Positions 1 to 12,526 of a stretch of 64,000 bases of DNA are shown here, one piece after another. This stretch comes from Octopus sinensis (Eukaryota): positions 40,238,001 to 40,302,000 of the forward strand of contig NC_043015.1 of NCBI RefSeq assembly GCF_006345805.1, written 5' to 3'. The position numbers and the translations under genes were made by a program. Below the pieces are notes generated by a model. That model was given only the letters and a program-made list of their open reading frames with translations, did no database searches and was not told where the DNA came from. How positions within the stretch are numbered: the stretch's first letter is position 1; every line of letters starts with the position of its first letter.

Positions 1-314
1 ACTAAGGGATCTCTTGTTTCCTATGCCTTTGAGGGACCAAAATCAGGAGACAACTTGTTGACAGCATTGTTTGTAGCTCAACAGTTCTTTAGAGAAGCAC
101 AAATATAAGCCAAAACACACACACATATTCATATACATATACTTAGATATGATGGGCTTCTTTTCAGTTTCCACCTACCAAATCCACTCCAAAAGTTTTG
201 GTTAGTCCAAGATGCCAGACAGCAGAACTGAACCCAAAACCACATAGTCAGGAAGTGAGCTTCTTAACCACTAAGCCACGTCTAATATCCTACGATACAC
301 CTTATTCTTTAGGG

Positions 315-535
315 CAGGGATTCTCAACCATTTTTTGTTTCTATGAACCCCTTCTGATCCCTATTTCATTCAGGTGGACCCCTATAACCTGTCAATGTTT
401 TAAAAAATTCATGTTATTAGGAATTGAATTATAAAATTGTTAAAATATTTTGTGTATTGTCAAAGGATAAACAATCTTTTAACAGCAAAATCTTAATTGG
501 ACCCTCAAGGTTCGTGGACTCTGATTAGAACCACT
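315..535 (+). mobile_element. degenerate hAT (Charlie-like) MITE
   Basis: Left end CAGGGATTCTCAACC preceded by CTTTAGGG; decayed right end ATTAGAACCACT followed by TTAGAA. Confidence 0.5.
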
Positions 536-1085
536 TTAGAAGGAGGACGATATCAGAACTCATGAGAGCCTCTGAGAGTGGGGAGGGGAGGGGGGAGGAG
601 GAGGAGGAGGAGGAGGAGCTCATGACTTCTTCTCAACACACCCATTCAACCTGGTGTCCCTTTTTAATGATCCCATAATCAGGAGTTACCCGGGGAAACC
701 AAGGCCCACATCACAATCATCTCAGTATATACGACTGTTGAGCTGTTGCTGTTGTTGTTTAGCCCATGGTCAGTCCTGGTCCTAGCTGCTGTATGATCAA
801 CCAATGTTCCATCCATGGCTAGCTATCCGTTCACATAGTTTATCTCCAAGGACATTATTATTCAATGTGTCCTTCTTAATAACGTGTGATTCTAACTATG
901 ATGTCTAACAGGTCAAACCACCACATAGGGGCTTTGTTTTTGTTGTCTTTACCATTCTTGTTACCATTATTCCTGCTGCTGCAGTTCTTCTTGTTATTGC
1001 TGTTGCTGCCATTGAGCTTTTATTGTTGTTATTGTTGCTGTCTTCTTCTCAATATTTCTCCATTCTCCTCTCCATTCTTCAACAG

Positions 1086-1138
1086 GCATCAAAAGGTTAC
1101 TAGGAAATGCCTACATAGCAGCTTATCCACTCCACGAG
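1086..1138 (+). CDS. anoctamin exon 1 of window, (G)[17 protein letters not shown]
   Basis: caacag acceptor, gtaagg donor; AAYPLH motif; phase 1 in, phase 0 out. Confidence 0.9.
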
Positions 1139-2172
1139 GTAAGGCCAAACACAGACCCTTTTCATATTTTTTATCATCATCATCATCATCGTTTAGCGTC
1201 CGCTTTCCATGCTAGCATGGGTTGGATGATTTGACTGAGGACTGCCGAACCAGATGGCTGCACCAGGCTCCAATCTTGATCTGGTAGAGTTTCTTCAGCT
1301 GGATGCCCTTCCTAATGCCAACCACTCCGAGAGTGTAGTGGGTGCTTTTTACATGCCACTGGCACAGGGGCCAGTCAGGTGGTACTAGCAACGACCTCGC
1401 TCGAATCTTTTTACACATGCCACTGGCACAGGTGCCAGTAAGGTGATGCTGGTAACGATCATGCTCGAATGGTGCCCTTTTACGTACCACTGGCTCGGAA
1501 GCCAGTTGGCTGCTCTGGCAATGATCATGCTCGGATGGTGCTCTTGACACCCTACTAGCACGGGCACAAGTGCTAATAAGGGGCCGCTGGTAACGATCAC
1601 ACTCGAATGGTGCCCTTTTATGTGCCACTGGCACGGAAGCTGGTTAGCCGCTCTGTCAAACGATCACACTCGTATGGTGCTCTTTGCACCCCACTAGCAT
1701 GGATGCCAGTCATCGAATTTGATTTTGATTTTATGTCTCTAATATATTGCCAATCGAGAGAGAAATGAACAAAAAAACCTTGTCGCGAGAATCAGCTTTT
1801 CCTCCCAACATTTAAATACCAATAAATTACAGTACCAGTCATTAATTAGGGTCAATTCAAGTGGTGTTCCTCTTCCCACATTTGTGGCTCTGTGTACACA
1901 TTACTGCATAGCATTTCATTAACCAGGAATAAAATCTCACCAAAGATACTTGACATATATTCTTTTACTCTTTTACTTGTTTCAGTCATTTGACTGTGGC
2001 CATGCTGGAGCACCGCCTTTAATCAAGCAACTCGACCCCGTGTCTTATTCTTTGTAAGCCCAGTACTTATTCTATCGGTCTCTTTTGCCGAACCGCTAAG
2101 TGACAGGGACATAAACACACCAGCATCGGTTATCAAGCAATGCTAGGGGGACAAACACAGACACACAAACAA

Positions 2173-2215
<43 letters not shown>

Positions 2216-2681
2216 CAACGGACTTCTTTCAGTTTCCGTCTACCAAATCCACTCACAAGGCTTTGGTCGGCCCGAGGCTATAGTAGAAGACACTTGCCCA
2301 AGGTGCCACGCAGTGGGACTGAACCCAGAACCATGTGGTTGGTAAGCAAGCTACTTACCACACAGCCACTCCTATATAATATATATACATACACGACAGG
2401 CTTCTTTCAGTTTCCGTCTACCAAATCCACTCTCAAGACTTTGGTCAGCCTGAGGTTATGGTAGAAGACACTTGGCCAAGGTGCCACACGGGGGGACTGA
2501 ACCCGGAACCATGTGGTTGGGAAGCAAACTTCTTAATATACAGCCACACCTGCACCTATATGTGTTATATCTTATTTCTTTTTTTTTCCCTTCCAGGGGC
2601 CATATTACTATGAGGACTCAATATATGCAACCGGACCAAGAAACCCTCGACATGTACGTATCCAAACCGTCATTTCCGTCG

Positions 2682-2712
<31 letters not shown>

Positions 2713-2819
2713 GTTGTTGTTGTGTTGTTGTGTTGTGTTGTTGTTGTGTTGTTGTGTTGTGTTGTTGTTGTGGTTGTTGTTGTTGTTGTTGTGTTGTTGT
2801 GTTGTTGTTGTTGTTGTTG

Positions 2820-2862
<43 letters not shown>

Positions 2863-2893
2863 GGTTGTTGTTGTGTTGTTGTTGTTGTTGTTG

Positions 2894-2936
<43 letters not shown>

Positions 2937-4964
2937 GCTGCTGCTGCTGCTGCTTCTTTTGTTGTTTAACCCTTGGTTAGTAGCGGTCCAGCAGACCTCT
3001 AATCAAAGTTCTTCCAGCTGTGACCATCCTATATTTTATTTGATGTGTCTTGGGCTACATTATTAAATGTGATTGTTATAATAATAATTATTGTTTTAGC
3101 CCAAGGTCAGGAACTAATAAAGTTGTTCCAAACATGACCCTATCATTAATTTGTACACAAAGAACAATATAATCCATTACATAAATTATTTTAAGATTGT
3201 TTTGTGTGATTTGAGGGCGATTTAGCTGCTATTTCAAGCGAGTTATGCTACCACATTGAGGTACTTCCTTTGGTTCCTATTTTTCTGTATATTTTTAAGT
3301 TGTAAGAGCTGAATGGTTTGAGTATAACCTGGAGTCTCAGGTTCAAATCTGTTGCACAGTAGTGCACCAGACTCATGTTTCTGTCCAATACTTCTCCTAA
3401 TTTACCTAGGTAGGCATCAGGGACTTGAGAATCTTGCTTAACATTTCCACTAACGTCCCTAAAAACGGAGGTGGGGATGTACTTGCTTTAAATTCGAGCT
3501 GGTACATGCTATGTAAGTCTGTGGCACACAGAAACACACACACATATACACACACACATGCATATACACACATGCATGCACACATACACACACATACACA
3601 TTGGTACATAAACACACCTGTACAGATGCATGTATACACACACACACACACATACACATTGGTACATAAACACACCTGTACAGATGCATGTATACACACC
3701 TGTACAGATGCATATATACACACACACACACGCGCACACACACACATACACATTGGTACATAAACACACCTGTACAGATGCATGTATACACACCTGTACA
3801 GATGCATGTATACACACACACGCACACGCACATACACATTGGTACATACACACTCCTGTACAGATGCATGTATAAACACACACACACACATGCACATATA
3901 CACATTGGTACATAAAAACACCTGTACAGATGCATGTATTCACACACACATTTATACATAAACACACCTGTACAGATGCATGTATACACACACTCTGGTA
4001 CACATATGCAACCACACACCTCTACCGCCACACCAATTCCAAACTCCAAACTAAAAGGTGTCTGTTAATTAAACTGCAATTATATATTAATTAAGTTGTC
4101 ATTTCTTGAATATATATTGTGTGTGTACATATTATCAACCTGTCACCTGCAGTCGTCTTCTTAACATAGGGCGTGGTTGTAGTGTATATATATCGGCTGG
4201 AGGGGTGGGGATCTCTTATAGGGTGGATATGGTTGTGCAGAACTCTGTGTGTGGTGTATATATTCATGTTTGTGTGTGCATTTATGTACATATGTGCCTG
4301 TGTTATCACAAACCATAGACACATACGTAAAGATCTTTTATATTCAACTAGCAGTATCGTCCAGCGTTGCTCGGGTTTGTAAGGGAAATAACTATATAAG
4401 CATTTTTAGAGAGTCACTTCCCTTATATAATAGAAAAAAATGCATTAAAAATGGAAAAAAATGATGGTAAATTTTTTTTTAAATCATAGACTCATCGTAG
4501 ACGCACGCTAATACCCAGAAGGGCTCGATATGAATCACGACTATAAGATACCCGCTTTTGGTTACACTGCACCGCAAAATGTGGGAGTAGTTAGGAATCT
4601 AAATCGTAGGAGACAGACACACAACTTCATTTTTATATATAAAGATAATAATACAATCTCTCTCTCTTTTTTTCTTTCTTTTTCTCTCCCTATTTCTCTC
4701 TCTTTCTTTCTCATCGATCTCTCCATTGTCCAGTTACTCTATGAAATGTGGGCCAGACCAAAAATGTGGTACAAAAAGCAACCATTGGATGCGATCAGGT
4801 AAGAAGAATTCATTCATTCATTGCTCCAGTTATGGAAGATATCTCTGTTGTAGTGGCGGGGGGCCCTACGTCTTTACAATAAGGTAAGGCAGCCCTAGGG
4901 GGTGACCGTCTCCCTAGAATGTTAATGGGGACAAAACTTGAATTCCAAATGATGGAAAAAGAAA

Positions 4965-5017
<53 letters not shown>

Positions 5018-6543
5018 TGTGTGTAGAACAATGAAGAAATAAGTGATATAGGTATCCACTTTATACAGCTCAACCGATTAGCACTCTGATTGAGCTTCAG
5101 GAATATAAAATTAAGGAGAGGAGAAACCAAATTCAAAAACCGATGTGTATATTCATTCAATCTATATTAACTAAATTCTCCAAGGTATACGAAGTACATA
5201 CATAGATGCATTCATCAATATGATATGTAAAAAATTTCTAAGAATTTATGAATACATACATATACACAAAAATTTATAAATATATATAAATTGCTGGAGT
5301 GGCTGTGTGGTAAGTAGCTTGTTTACCAACCACATGGCTCCGGGTTCAGTCCCACTGCGTGGCACCTTGGGCAAGTGTCTTCTACTATAGCCTCGGGCCG
5401 ACCAAAGCCTTGTGAGTGGATTTGGCAGACGGAAACTGAAAGAAGCCCGTCGTATATATGTATATAAATATATATATGCATGTGTGTGTTTGTGTGTCTG
5501 TGTTTGTCCCCCTAGCATTGCTTGGCAACCGATGCTAGTGTGTTTATGTCCCTGTCACTTAGCAGTTTGGCAAAAGACACCAATAGAATAAGTACTGGGC
5601 TTACAAAAGAATAAGTCCTGGGGTCGAGTTGCTCGATTAAAGGCGGTGCTCCAGCATGGCCGCAGTCAAATGACTGAAACAAGTAAAAGAGAAAAGAGAA
5701 AAGAGACATAAATATTTACAGACGCATAAAAATTCATAAAAATAAATATATAAAAAATGTAAGTCCGTAAATGTACTTGCAAAGTGCAAATGAAGAGGAT
5801 GAAAAAGCAGATGTAAGCTGATTCATAAGGAGTCTGGAACATGTATAAAGTCTATGTATGTATGTATACATATATATATACACACACACATATCATCATC
5901 ATCATCATCGTTTAGCATCCGCTTTCCATTCTGGTATGGGTTGGACAGTTCAACTGGGGTCTGGGAAACCAGAAGGCTGCACCAGGTTCCAGTCTGATCT
6001 GGCAGTGTTTCTACAGCTGGATGCCCTTCCTAACGCCAACCACTCCGTGAGTGTAGTGGGTGCTTTTTACGTGCCACCTGCACAGGTGCCAGGTGAGGCT
6101 GGCAACGGCCACTGTCGGATTGGTGTATTTTACGTGCCACCGGCATGGAAGCCAGTCGAGGTGGCGCTGGCATTGGCCACGAGTCGGATAGTGCTTTTTA
6201 CGTACCACCAGACCAGGGATCCTGGCTGGTTCAATTCGATTTCGATTATATTAATTTATATTTCCACCACTTTCGTTTTTCAGAAGCTATTTTGGAGAAA
6301 AAATAGGAATATACTTTGCATGGCTGGCGTTCTACACGCAGATGTTGATTCCAGCAGGCTTTGTCGGTGTTGTGGTGTTCATCTATGGTCTGGCAACAAT
6401 GATGAAGGATATTCCAAGGTAATCTTCTTCATTTTAACTTGTTCCAGTTGAGTATAGTTTGTGCAAACAGTGACTGGGAATGAACATAACTCTGTATATG
6501 TGTGTGTGTGTGTATACATATACACATACACATATACACACAC

Positions 6544-6586
<43 letters not shown>

Positions 6587-7228
6587 TATATATATATGTA
6601 TAGTTTGAATACAACCAATTCAGGGTATATACAATGAAATATATATATATATATGTATTGTGCCAGGACGCAATTGTATTTCTGCAAACTGAGAGCACAG
6701 ACCACAAGGAGATTCATCTGCTAAAAAACAGGAATATGTTCTATGAATGCTCCAAGTTTGCAGAAACACATAATGTATGCATGTATGCATGTATATCTGT
6801 ATGAATATATATATATATACATACTCTTTAAAAAGCCTTACATTTAAAGTTACTGTCATCTTTAAAAAAAATGGATAAATGTGTATATATTATTTGTGTT
6901 ATTGTCCACTAATGCTTTGGTGTTTTCTCTCCTCCCAGTTCTGATATCTGCAGCTTTGATAAATCTGGTAACCTCACCATGTGTCCCCTCTGTGATGAAT
7001 TGTGCCGATACTGGAAATTAGAGACAGTCTGCTACTATGCTCGGACGTCGTATCTTATCGATAACCCGGCAACCGTGTTTTTTGCGGCGTTTATGTCAGT
7101 ATGGTGTAAGTATAAACACACACACACATGCCCAATATGAAGTGCATGTACATATATTGGCATGTGTACACATGTACATGTATGTATACACATGTATGCA
7201 CATTTGCATATACCTATGTGTGTGTGTG

Positions 7229-7276
<48 letters not shown>

Positions 7277-10200
7277 ACAACCACAATCATACACATGGAG
7301 ATATATATTCACAGACATATACATTGTGTACCTCATGGGAACACATGAAGATTTTACATGTATACTCATGTGTACACATGTCTTTACACATGCTTCAATC
7401 ATTTTTTCTTTTTTTCAATTTTTGTTTGTATTTTTTTATGTCAATGACTTATCTGTCCATTTTTAATGCATTCTAGCAGAGTCAAAGCCAAATATCTCAT
7501 CTTTTAGACAAATTATTTTCATAACATATATGATTCACCTGTATATGAGGACTTTAAGACACTGAACGGTTTCAACCCTTTTGTATGTCTCCTCAGTCAA
7601 AGCTACTCTTGAACCAATTAAACTAACAAGTGTACTGGTTTTTGTTTATAGAAATCAGCATACAAATTATCACCTGATGCAATTATCACCTGATGTCTGG
7701 CAAACGGATAATAATTAATTGGTTGTATGCAGAATGGTGAGAAACCAAACAATAATGCATTGATTCATTTTTGACATGTTCTGGCATTTTTGAATGTGAA
7801 TGTCTGATCACTGTTGATATTTTGTCATCAGAGAAGGAGACCCCCCACTTTGAAACACTGCAATGTTTTGACCTCATTATGTCTCTCCTCAGTCATAGCT
7901 ACACCACAGGACTGATGGATCTAACAAGAGCATGGGTCTTTTTGTTTATAGAAATTGGCAGACAAGGGGATTAAGTCGATTACATCGACCCCAGTGCATA
8001 ACTGTTACTTAATGTATCGACCCCGAAAGGATGAAAGGCAAAATCGACCATGGCGGAACTTGAACACAGAACGTAATGGCAGACGAAATACTGCTAAGCA
8101 TTTTGCCCGGTGTGCTAATGTTTCGTGCCAGCTTTCCGCCTACATGTTACTTAATGGATCATTACTTAATTAAGGAATATAAATAACTAAATTGTTTACA
8201 GATCATTAACGGATGCATACTAATGTCTGGCAAACCAGTGATAATTCATGAGCTGCAAGAATCCAAACGATAACACACCTATTCATTCTCAAAAAATTCT
8301 AGCGGATTCAAACTGGAATCAGATCTTCATATTCAAATCTGCCAGAATCAGAATATTTTGACAATGAACAGATATGGTTTTGAATCTCACTGTTCTGCAG
8401 GCATTCCATTGAATACTTTCCATTTTTGATTTCTATGGAACGTCTTGTATCAGAAACTGTATTAGGTTTCCTGAAAATATTGATGTTGTGTAAGAGACTG
8501 GACAGTTTCTGTTGTGCCATGGAAAGGAAATATTTCTCCATTTACTGGTCAGTTTCTGTTACACACAAAGTACTTCTCCTTCACTGGACATTCTACTGAA
8601 TCCACCTTCCACCCACCACACAATTCAGTCAGGTTTTACAATGTGTTTTCTTTTCACTGTGTTTCAGCAATGTTTTTCATTGAGCTGTGGAAACGTCAAC
8701 AGAATGAAATTGGTTATGACTGGGATATTTCGAATTTTGAGGAAGAGGAGGTTCGTTTGCTTTCTTATTTTCTTCACTTATTCTTTACTCCTTATACAAG
8801 GAACTGGTACTCCCAACTCTTTAAGAGAGAAGATTGAGGATGTTTCTATTGTAAACTGTTTCATTCTTCTTGTACTCTGTGTCTCATTCTTCTTGCACAG
8901 TGTTTCATTCTTTTTAAACTCTCTCTGTCTCATTTCTTTCATAATCTGTTTCATACCTCTTGTACTCTCTGAGTCACATTTCTCTTGTACTCTGTGTTTC
9001 ATTCCACTTGTATTGTAATCTCTGTCTCATTCCTCTTGTACTCTCTCTCTCTCTCTCGCATTCAATATGTTGACTCACCCACTATTTTAAGAGAGGGGTT
9101 GGTCCCTTTGTGTCCTTCACCAAACATTGATACCTCTTAAACTGTTTAAATATTTTTGCTAATAAGAGTATCCAGTAGGACATTGACAGTCAGTTATGGA
9201 GGAAAGGACAAACCCATAACCCTTTGAATTTTCTCCTCTTCCTCCTCAGTTAGATGGGGTCAATCCCCAGGAAAAAAAACATTTGTAGAGAAGAAACTAG
9301 GAATTTGATACAAAAGAGGAACCCCAAGAAGAGAGTTAAAGACCAGGTTGGGGTTTTAAATCAGGTAGCATCTTCGCTCTATTATTAAAACCACCCACCA
9401 AGGACCCAGTGAGGCTTTTAAACAATGTAGTGAGTGTGTGTATGTGTGTATGTATGTGTATGTAGATATATATATATGTATGTATGTATGTATATATGTG
9501 TATACATACATATATATATATATATGTATACTCTGAGTTTCATGTTATGTATATATTTAGTGTTATCTATCCTTAGTGTATCATATGATAACACAATGTC
9601 TATGTGGTAGTCCATCCAGCACACCTTCATTCTTATTCCATTGATTCCATTGTCTGGAAAGATGTCTTCCTCCCAGACATATATCTGGGTTATGTTATGT
9701 GAACTCAGACTCTCTTCCGTAGTTCTTTCATCAATAATTTGTTAAAGACATATTTTCTGATCTTTTCTCAAAGGAAACTGTTCGCCCAGAATTTGAATCT
9801 ACGGTTACAACCACTCGGGAAAACCCTGTCACCGAGGTAAGTAAGACCCAGTTTCAGCTCCCTTAAAAACCCATGGAATTTACACAGTTTTTTTCTGCAA
9901 AAATAAAAATAAACTTTAGAGCTGCATAAATTACATTAATTTTTTTAGAAATGTGTTTTTTTTTTGTTGAGAAAAAATGTACAAAATGTAAACATTCCTA
10001 CCAAAAGTTACCTTGTTTAATGTCAGAATAGGTTTTTATACAAAAAAAATAAGGGCTGAAATATGATGAAGTTGACTTTTATTTATGCTGGATAGTATAA
10101 TGCTTACTTTTTCCATATTAATTTACTAAAACCATTAATGTTTATTGGTAATTAAACTTAATTTGCAACACCTGTGCGTATTTATCAGCTTTGGTTTTGT

Positions 10201-11108
10201 TGATAATTCTTCACAACTTTACCTATAATCGTGATTTGAGAAGACATACCGAAGTATGCTAAAGATCGGACATAATCTCTTGTGGGCAAGAAATGTAAAA
10301 TAAAGTTTACTATAAACAACACAAATACTTTGTGATTTAACACCTTTTAATGTGATACCTGTTAAACAGAAATTATTTTTATTTAATGAAAATTTAATAA
10401 AATCTAATCATAAGTAAGTGAAATTATGCTAAGTACAACTAAATTGAAAACCTTATTCCCCTGGCCATATTGGCAATTCTGAAAATCTGTGGCTGTGAAT
10501 TTTACATGAGTAGAAGCCTTTTTAAACAAATTTTATCCTGAAAACCACCTGTCTAAATTACACAGGTGCACAAATTACATGGGTTTTTATGGTATTTATA
10601 TTCTTGGTGGGGAACAATCTGTTGGTCAGTGTTAGTCATTGCCATTTATGGATTTTGTTATTGTTGACTATCAATAGGGATCACTGTGGAGGCACGTGGC
10701 TTAGTGGTTAAGGGTGTTGGTCTCATGATCATAAGATTGTGGCTTCTGTTCCTGGACCACGCTGCTCTGTGATCGTTTTGACACCTGACGTATGGCACAC
10801 CTGTTGCACCTGTAAAGGTAATGTCAATTTGATGGTGCAAGTGAGCTTAGGGGCAACACAAACATTTGACCGATCATCAGAAGCAAATCACTTGTGTGGT
10901 TGTTCAGCAAGGAATTACCAAATCCTCATGTGTTAGGAAATATGCTTCAACTTGTTTTTACCTTTTTTATCTTACCCCAGGTAATTCTGTTGCAGTAAAT
11001 TCTTTGTTTTTTCTTTGCAGACAGAAGAACCCTATGTTCCTTCCTGCTTGAAGATCTTTAATTATACAACATCCATTGTGGTCATTCTGTTAATGGTAAG
11101 TAGCATCA

Positions 11109-11141
<33 letters not shown>

Positions 11142-11379
11142 AATATACTTAAGGCGGCGAGCTGGCAGAGACATTAGCACGCCGGGCAAAGTGCTTCGCG
11201 GTATTTCGCCCGTCGCTACGTTCTGAGTTCAAATTCCGCCAAGGTCGACTTTGCCTTTCATCCTTTCGGGGTCGATAAATTAAGTACCAGTTACGTACTG
11301 GGGTCGATATAATCGACTTAATTCGTTTGTCTGTCCTTGTTTGTCCCCTCTATGTTTAGCCCCTTGTGGGTATTAAAGA

Positions 11380-11415
<36 letters not shown>

Positions 11416-12486
11416 TGGAAATGTATGCATCATGTTCAATTAAATAATAAACAATATATAATATTTATATCATGTGTGTATGTGTGTATAAATGCATATA
11501 TAGGTACAGGACGTCACCAATGGTGTAAATAACATGAAATATGAAAACAAAGGAGTTAAATACATAAACGAGAAAAAAATGGAAAACAGAAGTAAACACA
11601 GAGAAAGGACCCTTCGTCAGTTGTCTGCTGTCTATCTACTCCTCATTTCGAGCATTCAACGATAATATGAGTCGTCAAAGACAGTTGCTCCCATAAATTC
11701 TAAAATAAAATTTAGGGTTTATGGAGGGACAAATTTGGGAACAAAATACATATACAGGGTTGGCCAAAAGTCAGGTGACTTTTGGCCAATCAAAATTCCA
11801 TAAATATCATCTTTAATTTTGTTTTAACTCGAAAAATGTGTCGCTCAAGAAGGACTTCAGTTTGAACAATTTTCATGATGTTTCATATTTAAATCATTTG
11901 CTGTGTGGAAGGTGTTTATAAGCCATTTAAGAAACACACAAAAACCGTTAGATCCACTTCAATATTTAAATTTTATTTGCCAAAATATTTTTGTTGCTTT
12001 GAGACCGCAGCCTGTTCGCTGACAAAATTCCATGCAGCATCCGTTTTCCATGCTGGCATGGGTTGGCAGGGGTCTGATAAGAGCTGGCGAACTAGATGAC
12101 TGCACCCAGCTCCACTGTCTGATCTGCCCTTCATTAAAAATCAATTACTTTACGTATGCAACACAGATGTATAGAACTGGAATGTGCCCAACCCATGCCA
12201 ACAAAAATAAAGAGGACATACAGACAAAAATAGTGAAAATAAAAAATATATATCGATAGAAATGGTAAGACAACAAAAGAATGAAAGAGACCTCGATATT
12301 ATGTAAATAGAGGAATTTATCTGTAAATGTAATATGTGACAATTATTCGGTAGCCAGATTTTCATAGCAATTTTTCCAATGGCCAGATAACTGAAGAGAT
12401 GGCGGCATGGGTTTCCGCCCCGACATCCGAAACTCAGAGTTTTATCATGGCTACCTAATAATTGTCACATATTACATTTACAGGTG

Positions 12487-12526
<40 letters not shown>

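Noticed and set aside
11625-11690. Hammerhead-like TTGACGA...CGAAA...GTA on the minus strand of a probable Penelope-like fragment (~11500-11750)
   Set aside because: C3 is missing, stems II and III are unpaired and stem I is out of register; too degenerate to call.
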